In this document: piece by piece, positions 19,279-28,900 of the stretch | Position numbering within the stretch: position 1 is the first letter of the stretch | How the letters are laid out: every line of letters starts with the position of its first letter | IMG/VR virus record: IMGVR_UViG_3300044638_005305 | Span: 1 to 63,855 of that record | Length of the DNA stretch: 63,855 nt | Direction: 5' to 3' (one strand) | From: a virus | Taxonomy: Duplodnaviria; Caudoviricetes | Translations under genes and position numbers: made by a program | Notes under the pieces: generated by a model | What the model saw: the letters and a program-made list of their open reading frames with translations, nothing else | What the model was told of the DNA's origin: nothing | Database searches by the model: none

Positions 19279-19769
19279 TATTTACCCATTTCTTGTTCTA
19301 TTAATAGTATTCCGCATGAATCGTCAGATACAAGTTCTAATCGCGTTAAAAGGTCGCCATATTCGCCAACGGTCTTACGCTGTACTTCCACATAGAACAT
19401 CAAGTGCTGTAAGATTTCTGCATACTCTTGACCCTCTTCTTTAGCCATTTCTCTGTAATACTCCAATAAATCAAGTTCGGTTTCATAGGCAATATCCAAT
19501 GCTTGTTTTAACGACTTGACTTTTTCTGTCATGCCCGGCACTTGCGGTATGCTAATCGTAACGCCCATGTCATTCAAAAAGTCTATGTGCTTTTCAAAAT
19601 GAGATTGCTCTTCGGGAATTTCAGCAAGGAAAAACTTTTGCGCACCGAAATAACCTAACCCTTGCATTTGTGAAGCAAGGTGGCGATATGTTTGAGCGTG
19701 TAGCAATTCGTACTTACAAGCCTTTTCAAACTTCTGTACACAAGCGGAATCTAATAATGGCTTTTTCAT
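19278..19769 (-). CDS. Ferritin-like protein
   Basis: YE..Y...GYFGAQKFF...EEQSH, ALDIAYETE, VEVQ ferroxidase-type pattern. Confidence 0.85.
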   Translation of the reverse strand: MKKPLLDSACVQKFEKACKYELLHAQTYRHLASQMQGLGYFGAQKFFLAEIPEEQSHFEKHIDFLNDMGVTISIPQVPGMTEKVKSLKQALDIAYETELDLLEYYREMAKEEGQEYAEILQHLMFYVEVQRKTVGEYGDLLTRLELVSDDSCGILLIEQEMGK

Positions 19770-22700
19770 TAACATTCAATTTTTAAGTTAGTTATTTTTT
19801 TCTCGTCTATGAGTTGGGTAATCCGTTGCTTCATGGCATCAAAGTTATCAATTATTTCTCTAACTCTTTCAGCTTTTTCGGGATTAGCTTTGGCGTAGTC
19901 TTCAAGGACTTTATCTTGCTTAGATGCGCCTTTGGTTTCTTCGTAGGTTTGGAATACCGATTTTTCTTTCGGTGGTTCTATATTTTCAACTTCTGCCTTT
20001 TCTGCAACTATGGGAGTTTCGGGTTTTACTATTTGAGATACATCAAACACAACGGCAATATCAGATAATTCGGTATCATTCCCTTTTTCATCAAAAGAAA
20101 CTGAATCATATACGTTTTTAATTATAACACCATCGTGTCCTTCTTTTTTTGCTTGCTTTATAATTTTAGTCAATTCTATATTTTCCGCATAATCTTCATT
20201 TGCATCATAAACAAATGGATTTTTCATTTTTAATTTAACCTTAAATTGTTTGCCGATTTCAATGTAAGGCTCAAATTTTACACCTCTTTGCTGTAAATAT
20301 TTTTGCAATTTTTCGACATATTTATTCCTGTCGGGATAAAAACCTTGCGAATCTTCTTTAATATCATCTATTATATCATTTACTATATCTTTCTTATTAT
20401 AGCCTTCGTAATAAGACTTACTACGACCATGTAGTATTTTTTCAGAAAGCGAAATTAACTCTTCCGTTGTTAATTTATCTAATTGCTTTTCGGCTTCATT
20501 TATATTAGGATTGTCATATTTAGCTTGTTTACGATAACTTTCTGCTACATTTTTATTGTTTGAAAAAAATACTCCCTCTTTTGCTGATTCGGCATTAGTG
20601 TTCTTTCCAAGATTAGCCATGTCGAAATCTTCAAACTCAAAAGGCGTGCTATGATAAAAATCTATTTCCTTTCCTTTTTCATCTTTAACTATGGGAGTTT
20701 TGGGTGTTTGTTCTTTAGATAGTAGGGATTCTGCGGATTTAGCATTAACCATTTTTACCGTATTGTTTTTAGTAAAATGATTACTTAAACTTTGCTCTGT
20801 TGCATCTTCAACTATCTTGCCATTGATAATAGGGAAATACCCATTGTTCAAAAGCTCATAAGCTCTTCTCTCGCTTACTATTACGCTTCTGCCAATGTCG
20901 GATTTCTCTAATGTTTTTTTTGGAGATATTAAAAGTATGTTTGTGACGTAATTTTTATTGGCAATTCCGCTATCAGTAAACTCAACGCCTTCATAGCCTT
21001 GTTTTTTTAATTCGGAGTATAACTTCTTTACATTTTCTTCGCCTATGTAACTGTCTTCAAATCTTGGGTCAACTAATTCATGTATCATGTATTCATCAGG
21101 ATAGCCCATATCCTCCAATATTCCCCTCGCTACTTCCTCTTTGGCTATTTTTGACAAGTCTAATTTTGCGATAGAAACATGACCTTCGTTACCCTTTGAA
21201 TACGCAATAGCCTCCGATTCGGATTGTGTAACGAAAAAAGGTTCGTTTTCTGAAATAGAGTTTAAATCCGTAACACTTCCCCCATGATAAACCGTACTCT
21301 CTACCGAACCTAAAGCATCAGCTTCCTCCACTACTTCTGGCGCTACTTCATCAACTTTTACTTCGGTGTCTGCCTTTAGCTTTGATTCTATTTCATCTTT
21401 ATTATTTTTATAGAACTGCAAGTCTTCTGCTTCTGTAAACTTTTCCCCCGATTTCATTCTGTTTACAAATGAATCAATATCGTTTTTTTCTTTTTTAGGT
21501 TTAGGCTGTTTTACAAATTCTTCTTTTGTTGCATCCCATTTCTTTACTTCTCCGTCAAAAGAAATATAAAGTTGCCCATCTTTTAATTCACTCGCATTCT
21601 TACCTCCGCTATCTACATACTTGTTTGGAAATGGTATAGGTACTTGCTTCCTCGCTTCGTTTAATTCAGCTTCGATAAACGGCTTCGCCATATCATCCGC
21701 TTCTTTCAGTTTCAATTCAAGCGCAGAAATATTAGCTACCTTATCCACCATATCCACATCATTCACTACTTCGGGTGGCAAATTGTTTATAGCATCAATT
21801 CTTGGTTGTATAGCTGATGCAAGTCTTTCTCCTTGTGCTGCATCTACCGCACCTTTCATTACTGCATCAGAAATAGCGCTTTTAATCGTTACGCCTTTAT
21901 CCTCTTTTATGGAACTATCAATTAGCTTTTTAACTACTTTTATTTGAGATAGGGATGTCATTCCAACTCCCATTGCCAAAGTCAAAGCGCCAGTTTCTAA
22001 TAGTTGTTTTTTGTAGTCTTCTGCTGTATAGTCTTGAACTCCCAAATAATCATCAGTTCCCATTTGAGTTAAAGTAGTCAGCATTTCGCCACCTACTTCT
22101 TTCCCCATATCAATACCAATTTCCCTTAATCCTTGCGCTGCTGTTTTTTCAGCCAATTCTTTTGCCATTTGCTTTGCTGCGCCCTCTCCTGCTTGTTTAG
22201 CCGTTTCTTTTACCGCACCTCTTAATAAACCTTTTGCTATATTGAAGTTTTTAGAAAACACGCCAAATGTAGGCATTGTGCTAAATGCTGATTCTGCTGC
22301 GCCATAGGCTGTCGCCCTTGCTATTTTTTGCCTATTAGTCAAGTCTAAATCATCGCTACCTGCAAATTCAGAACTTGCGCCTACTGCTGCTAGTGTACCT
22401 AATGATGGCACAAGTCCTGCGCCTTGCGTTGCTGCAATCGAAGCCATGTAAGCTAATGATTCGGCAAACATATTAGCAGTCATTGATGATGCGTTTCCTA
22501 TGTTCCCATTTTTCACTTCATCTATAAATCCACCCTCATAGGCTCTAATTTTATCCCTTTCTTTGACAGCCATATCTTTCAATTTGTCCGCGCCAACTTC
22601 TGCCACAAACTCTGATGGGGATTTTTTCATGTCTTCAAATCCGGGTATTGTACGCATTAAATTTGCTGCATAGCTTTCTATACCTACTAATCCTGCTGCT

Positions 22701-23413
22701 AAATCCGTTGCTCCTGCCTTTAAGCTATTCCACGCATCGCCAACTCTTGTTCCCGCGTTTTTCTGTCTTTCAATTAAAAGGTTTAGTGATTCATCTTCTT
22801 TGGGTACAACAACTTCTGTTTGTCCGTTTTGCAACTTATCTACAAACTCGTCATCAAAAAGCATTTTATTGAGTTGGTCTGGTCTTACAGAAACTCCATC
22901 CACCTGATATTGCCCTGCTTGTGTTGCGCCCGTTGCACTTCTTGTTATATCGTTCAGGTCGCCCATCAAAGGCGCTTTGGGTAGGTTTATAGCAGCGTGC
23001 GTTCCTCTATCTCTCATTTCCTGCTGATTAGCAATAGGAACTTTAGATGTTTGAACAGCCATATCCTGCAAGTCGCTCATTAAGGGAGCTTTGCCAAAAT
23101 TGTCAATTTCCCTTTCTTTGGAAATGGCTATATCTGTTTGTGGCTGATTAGTCGCTTTTGTGCCACTCGTTTCGGTAGGCTGCAATTGCTGCCCTACACC
23201 CTGCATGGCACGCCCTAATAAATTTGCGCCACCATCTGCCGTTTGGGATTCTGATGGTGTAGTAGGCGCTTTTGCTTGACTTTTTTTTTTAATAAAATCA
23301 GTAGTGAATGATTCGATGTCTGTATCGCTTGCGCCCGCATCAATCATTTCAGATAAAAAAGAGTTCAACTCCTTATCGTCTTGCTCGCTTAGTTTTATTT
23401 GTTCGTTTGCCAT
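19769..23413 (-). CDS. Ejection/polyvalent protein with two ART-PolyVal-like domains
   Basis: Ala/Gly-rich membrane-active middle; VYHGG..FFVT..A..Y..GYEGV and FYHST..GVFFS..A.SY..MKNP..GHDGVII motifs. Confidence 0.65.
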   Translation of the reverse strand: MANEQIKLSEQDDKELNSFLSEMIDAGASDTDIESFTTDFIKKKSQAKAPTTPSESQTADGGANLLGRAMQGVGQQLQPTETSGTKATNQPQTDIAISKEREIDNFGKAPLMSDLQDMAVQTSKVPIANQQEMRDRGTHAAINLPKAPLMGDLNDITRSATGATQAGQYQVDGVSVRPDQLNKMLFDDEFVDKLQNGQTEVVVPKEDESLNLLIERQKNAGTRVGDAWNSLKAGATDLAAGLVGIESYAANLMRTIPGFEDMKKSPSEFVAEVGADKLKDMAVKERDKIRAYEGGFIDEVKNGNIGNASSMTANMFAESLAYMASIAATQGAGLVPSLGTLAAVGASSEFAGSDDLDLTNRQKIARATAYGAAESAFSTMPTFGVFSKNFNIAKGLLRGAVKETAKQAGEGAAKQMAKELAEKTAAQGLREIGIDMGKEVGGEMLTTLTQMGTDDYLGVQDYTAEDYKKQLLETGALTLAMGVGMTSLSQIKVVKKLIDSSIKEDKGVTIKSAISDAVMKGAVDAAQGERLASAIQPRIDAINNLPPEVVNDVDMVDKVANISALELKLKEADDMAKPFIEAELNEARKQVPIPFPNKYVDSGGKNASELKDGQLYISFDGEVKKWDATKEEFVKQPKPKKEKNDIDSFVNRMKSGEKFTEAEDLQFYKNNKDEIESKLKADTEVKVDEVAPEVVEEADALGSVESTVYHGGSVTDLNSISENEPFFVTQSESEAIAYSKGNEGHVSIAKLDLSKIAKEEVARGILEDMGYPDEYMIHELVDPRFEDSYIGEENVKKLYSELKKQGYEGVEFTDSGIANKNYVTNILLISPKKTLEKSDIGRSVIVSERRAYELLNNGYFPIINGKIVEDATEQSLSNHFTKNNTVKMVNAKSAESLLSKEQTPKTPIVKDEKGKEIDFYHSTPFEFEDFDMANLGKNTNAESAKEGVFFSNNKNVAESYRKQAKYDNPNINEAEKQLDKLTTEELISLSEKILHGRSKSYYEGYNKKDIVNDIIDDIKEDSQGFYPDRNKYVEKLQKYLQQRGVKFEPYIEIGKQFKVKLKMKNPFVYDANEDYAENIELTKIIKQAKKEGHDGVIIKNVYDSVSFDEKGNDTELSDIAVVFDVSQIVKPETPIVAEKAEVENIEPPKEKSVFQTYEETKGASKQDKVLEDYAKANPEKAERVREIIDNFDAMKQRITQLIDEKKITNLKIEC
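20006..20705. repeat. 19-bp direct repeat AACTATGGGAGTTTYGGGT flanking an ART-like domain
   Basis: Copies at 20006-20024 and 20687-20705, 681 bp (227 codons) apart. Confidence 0.85.
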
Positions 23414-23414
23414 A

Positions 23415-25079
23415 TTAAGGTAGTGGTGGCAAGTTTGCCTTTTTTCTAATTGCGTTTATTTTAGCTTTTTTCTCTGCATCTGCTTGGCTTGTTCCCGTAT
23501 TTGCTTTTGGCGCTGCTTGTGTTGCGCCCTTGTTTATCGTTGGCGCTGCTGTGCCTTTTGCCGTTTGCGGAGTGTTGCCTTGATAAGCATCTCTTTTTTT
23601 CCAAAAATCAGCATAATTTAGCTTGTACTTATTTGCTGTTGCTATGTTATCAACTACGCCTTGTGTTAATGGCTTCCATACAGTAGGCGATTGTAATGCT
23701 TCACTTGGTATCGCATCAGGAGCATATCCTGAATTTACGACTGATTCCGTTGAAGCGTAATATGGCTTGTAAATTGTTTGTCCATTCTTATCTGTACCAT
23801 CAGGCAAATACCTTACACCCAATACTACATTTTTGTAGTTCTTTACTTCTTTTTTAGGTGTGCCATTATCATTCATCAAAGGTATTCCATTTTGAAACAC
23901 TGGTTGTTCTACGCCTGCTGTTCCCATAAATGTACCATCAAGAGCATTTGATTCATAACCTTTAACCAAAGGCGACATTGGCATATTCACATTTGGTAGC
24001 ATTGTAGGAATAACGCCACCAATTTTACTCAAATCTCCATTTAGGGTATTTACCAACTGCTGGTATTTATACTCATCTTCCTCATGCTGAATATCATATC
24101 CTGCGCGTTTTAATGCAATACCTCTATTCAACTTGTCTTGACCGCTTTCAGCAAGCTCCCTTAGCGTTTCTTCTTCTCCACTTTTGTATGCTTTCGCTTG
24201 GTCACGCGCAAACAATTTCATAGGACTTACTTGTGGCATATCGGGATTCTGCGCTGCTTGTGCGTTATACTTGTCCGCAAGTACTTGGTATCTTGATACT
24301 TCTTCGGGCGCAATTCTATTGTAAGCATCCTCTACACTTGGCTTTAATTTAGGACTTGAAAGCATCATGTCTGCTGCATTTTCTAAGTCTTGTGGATTGT
24401 ACCCCTTTTTTATTACTTGGAAATATCTGCCATTTATTAGTCTTGTATCTCCAATGCTTGTTTCTTTTGATGGCTTAACTTCTTTTGTGGCTTCTCTGAT
24501 AGCTTCCATTATATCAGGCGTGGCTGAATGTAGCAATTGAACGCCAACCCTTTTGTTTCTTGCTGTTGGGTCAAGCCATAGTTTAGACGCTTCGTTGTAT
24601 TTTTCTTGGTTATATTTTGATGGGTTATCCAACAACTCTTTTTGCGCTGCTGCCCATAATTTCTTTTGCTCTGCCGATTGTTCGGCTTCAAGTTTTAACG
24701 CAGCCTTTCTGCCCTCTAATTGATTAAGCCTTTTTGCTGCATCAAGCGAAGTAAGGTCGCCATTGAAATCACTCATTATTTTTCCATACTCATCAACAAG
24801 TCCTTTGGTTTGCTCTTGAAAATACGGAACGTCAGGGTCAAATACTCCTTTTGTGTCAAGGTTTATACCATCAATAGCAGATAACTCTTTTGCTACTTGC
24901 TCTTTTCTTTTTGCAGCCTCTTGTTCGCCTCTTAATCTTGCATTGTTTTGTAGCGCTTGGAAAAGCATTTGCGCACCCGTATTGTCGGGTTTGTCAAATA
25001 TAACAGCGCCAACACCATTTCCTGTGCCACCTGTTTCACCTCCTAAATATCCTGCTTGTCCGCTTACTATTTGTGCCAT
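23415..25079 (-). CDS. Putative internal virion (ejection) protein
   Basis: Position among core-protein genes; helical, Q/A-rich. Confidence 0.55.
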   Translation of the reverse strand: MAQIVSGQAGYLGGETGGTGNGVGAVIFDKPDNTGAQMLFQALQNNARLRGEQEAAKRKEQVAKELSAIDGINLDTKGVFDPDVPYFQEQTKGLVDEYGKIMSDFNGDLTSLDAAKRLNQLEGRKAALKLEAEQSAEQKKLWAAAQKELLDNPSKYNQEKYNEASKLWLDPTARNKRVGVQLLHSATPDIMEAIREATKEVKPSKETSIGDTRLINGRYFQVIKKGYNPQDLENAADMMLSSPKLKPSVEDAYNRIAPEEVSRYQVLADKYNAQAAQNPDMPQVSPMKLFARDQAKAYKSGEEETLRELAESGQDKLNRGIALKRAGYDIQHEEDEYKYQQLVNTLNGDLSKIGGVIPTMLPNVNMPMSPLVKGYESNALDGTFMGTAGVEQPVFQNGIPLMNDNGTPKKEVKNYKNVVLGVRYLPDGTDKNGQTIYKPYYASTESVVNSGYAPDAIPSEALQSPTVWKPLTQGVVDNIATANKYKLNYADFWKKRDAYQGNTPQTAKGTAAPTINKGATQAAPKANTGTSQADAEKKAKINAIRKKANLPPLP

Positions 25080-25089
25080 TGATTATGTT

Positions 25090-25878
25090 TTATCCTCCAC
25101 CATTAGGGTTAAATGACATACCATAAGTTCCGCCTACTGTATTATTTGGAACATTATATGTTTGAATTTGTGATTGTTGAGTTGGCATTACATAAGACTG
25201 CGGTTGCGCAACAATAGGTCTGCTTGTTGGCGCTTGTGTTGGTTGTGATGCTTGTGATGAATTAGGCATTGCACTTCCTGCATACATCGCTGCGCCTTGC
25301 ATAGTTGCATTTGCAACTACATCATGAGCGCCCATTTTATTTGCCATAGCTGCTTTATCCAAAGCGCTTGCTTCTGCTAATATCAATTCTTTCTTGCGCT
25401 GTCTTTCTAACTCCAAATCTCTTTGTTTGTCGCCAATCATAGTCGTAGTCGCATACAATTGATTTAGCTTGTTTTGGCGCATTTCGCTATCTCTTAAAGA
25501 CAATTCATTTCTCGCATCAAGGCTTTTTGTATAAGCGCCCGATAATGCAGCCAATGAAGCGCCTCCGCTACTTCCTAATGCAGCAGCATCACGATTCATA
25601 TTCGCTACTGAATTATCTATATTCTGCTCATATCGGCTAATATTATTTAAGCCAAAATTAGACCCTATTTGTTGCGCATCACGAACTTGTTGATATTCAG
25701 GTCTTAATTGTTCTTTCGGAACGTATTTAGCGGTATTCCTTAATTCGCCCGCCTTTCTTGCTTGCTCTTTTGCACCTTTCATTCGCATTGCGCCTTGCAC
25801 AATACCTGCAACAGTAGTAACGGTTGCACCAATGCCACCTGCCATATTCGCCCCCATTGCGCCTCCCATTCCTGCCAT
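25090..25878 (-). CDS. Putative internal virion (ejection) protein
   Basis: Gly/Ala/Met-rich N-terminus with coiled coil, typical of the first ejection protein after the tail nozzle. Confidence 0.6.
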   Translation of the reverse strand: MAGMGGAMGANMAGGIGATVTTVAGIVQGAMRMKGAKEQARKAGELRNTAKYVPKEQLRPEYQQVRDAQQIGSNFGLNNISRYEQNIDNSVANMNRDAAALGSSGGASLAALSGAYTKSLDARNELSLRDSEMRQNKLNQLYATTTMIGDKQRDLELERQRKKELILAEASALDKAAMANKMGAHDVVANATMQGAAMYAGSAMPNSSQASQPTQAPTSRPIVAQPQSYVMPTQQSQIQTYNVPNNTVGGTYGMSFNPNGGG

Positions 25879-25919
25879 AATCTAATTTTTAATTGTTACA
25901 AAAATAATAAATTATCTTA

Positions 25920-28900
25920 TCAATATGCCTTACTTTCAATATATTCTGCTACTAATGCCTTTAATGTAAATTCATCAGTATAGTCGTTTTCAAATTCTAC
26001 TGTCAATGTCGTGCTTCGTAGCATCCTGCCATTTAAAATACGACTATTTACCGGAACTGTTACATCGCTCAAATCTCTCTTGAACGGATTCGACCAATGC
26101 TCTTCCTTTTTCACAAATGTTTGCGCTAATCTACTAAACTGATTATAGTCATTAGTTATTGATGGTGCGCTCCAATTGCTTTTTTGGTCTGTTTGAAACT
26201 GCTCTAATTTAGCAACTTCCCATACCTTTTTCTCTGATGTATTCTCGCCCGAAAAGACTGGCGTTATCTTACTATTGTGTTGAGCATCGTAGAAATTGTT
26301 TCTTACTTCATTTACATCATGCAACCATACTTCTCCGTTTAAGAATGATGCAAATTTCATTCCTACTATACCATAGTTTTCAGGTTTGAATGAGTAGAAA
26401 GTTATCCACTTATTCTTTTCTTCGCTCCATGAAATAGTTTCCGATTCGCCACGATACTTTATACTCGGATTACTTAATGTGAACTTTGAACTAAAGCCCT
26501 CAACAATAGGTGCTTCAACAATAACCTTATTGCCGTCTATTAATTTAATCGCTGTTCTGTAAGTTATTGTGCTTTGTGTTTGTGTGCTATAAAAAGAAAC
26601 ATCTATTGTTTCTCCAATTTGCAACGCAGGTAATTCATCGAACAAAATAGCTATATCAATACCCTCAAATGTAACGCTTTCCCCTGCCAAGAATACCGAT
26701 TTGGTAATAGTAATAATGTATTCGCTGTAATACCTATCCATCCCTCCAAAAATATCAAATACGCCATCTTTTAAGGCGTCTTTAAAATAAGACCTATTGT
26801 TTATAGCCGATATTTCAGTTGTGCCATTTTCAGCGTGTCGCCAAACTAACCCCCTATAAGCATCTACTCCGTAAACATTATTGTCTTGAACTATTACACT
26901 TTCTCCGTTCTGTGTTCCGTAATCTTTTTCTGTTGCTCTGTCAGTTCCTAAAAATTCATCGGCAATAGAAACCACGCCCGTATCCGATGCTGCTTCCGAT
27001 AGTATTCTCCTGCCTATGTAATTAGAAACCAGCTTGTTATGGCATACGCTGTAAAGCGTTTCTCCGATGTGTATTAACCTCTCTACCAACCCATAAGTCC
27101 TATCTAATTCCTTTGAGTTTAAGGATTCAAAATTGCTCAATCCGTTTACTTGCGTATCGGGAATAAACACATTAGATACGACATGAAGTGTCGGTCTGAA
27201 TTGTCTTACAAAATCTCTGTTTATTGTACCTATTCTACCAATATCGCTATCTTTTGATTCATAGAAATCTGATATTGATGAACTCTCGAATATGTAGCTA
27301 AATGTTCCTGTAAATTGCGTATCTACATCATTTACTAATATCGTTCTTGGATTCCAATAAGTATCTCCATTAGTAAACGGAGCGCTCGTTACGCTATAAT
27401 CGTTTGAATTGCTATCGGGCGCTGTGCAAGGGTAACATTCGCCTACTTCGTAGAATATCTGTCCCTTTTCATCTTCTAAATTTCTTCTGCTGAATACCTC
27501 GAATTGCGTTCCCGCTTTTATCTCTGGCGCACCAATATCGTTTTTGACAATAAGATAGCTGCCCGTTGTTTGGAAAGAAACGACTTCGTATTCAAACAAT
27601 CCCTCATAATAAGTGCCATCTTGTTTTCTGATTAATCTTATTTTATCTCCGGCTTGAAATTCATAAAACAAATTTGAATCGGGATATATCCTTTTGTATT
27701 GAGCAAGGTTGCTAATATCCAACATAATATTAGTTGCATCACCATTTGAATAAGATGTAACTATTTCAGGGTTATCCTCGTCTTGGAATGTTTTAGATAT
27801 GTACTTAACTGAATTGGTTATCCATGACAAATACGAAAGATAGTTGTTATCTCTTGTTCTCATCCATTGATAGGTGTAAGCCCATTCAGGAGGTTTGCCA
27901 AGTAGCTCCCAATTCAACGTAACTTTTCCGTTCTTGTATGTGTTTGGCGTTAAGTATTGGTCGGGCAAAACAGCATTTAAGTCCTCTGTAATAAAAGGTA
28001 TGTAAATGTTTAAGTTTGGCGCTGAAACAACGGAACACAAACGACCTCCGTAGTCATAATATCGTAATGCGTAAATATAGTTTCCACCCCTCTTATGGTC
28101 TTTGCCATACAAGTCATTCTGTATTGAAATTGTTGTAGGGTTTAGCGTTGCCGTAAATGGCTGGCTGATTGTATAAGTTGTACCTATCCCTATTATAGCA
28201 TTATTGAAATTATTATTGCTGAATGTAGCCGTAAAGCCATTAAGAATATAAATTACCGAATCATCTCTTTGTTGATATGGTTGAGATAGTGAATTTGCAT
28301 AAATAGGTATAGTCCAATCTCCATCATTATCAGACAATCCCACTCTACCCGTTCCCGTAAATACTACATTCACACCTGCCCAACCATCGCCATTTGTGTC
28401 GGCAACTTGACCATTTATAAATGTCTTTAATTGCGATGAAGATAATGGTAGAACGCATGGCATTAAAAACTGCTTATAAGAGTATTGGTTGCATCCAACC
28501 CACCCACCATCAAATGCTGTTATAGTGTATGGCGTTAGTCCTCCTGTGAAAATATCATTCAAAACGCTATCCGATTGATATGTTACGAGGCTATTTATAA
28601 GTATTTCATTTCCATTTACATCAAATCCTCTTGCGTATCTTGTACTTATCCTAAGATTTGTGATTGTATATGTAAACGCCAATGTTGGAGTACTTGCAAG
28701 TCCTTGATAAAGCCAATTTACTAGCCGCCAATCATCTCTCCTTGTAAATACAAAATACCCATTATGGTCTGTTGGTACAAAATTGCAAGCAGGCCTTATA
28801 TCCATACCATCAAAGTAAGGAAACTGAATATATGGTATGGCATCTTTTGCTACTGTAATACCAAGAGCATTCTTTAAGTCGCATTGCAAAGCAATTCCGA

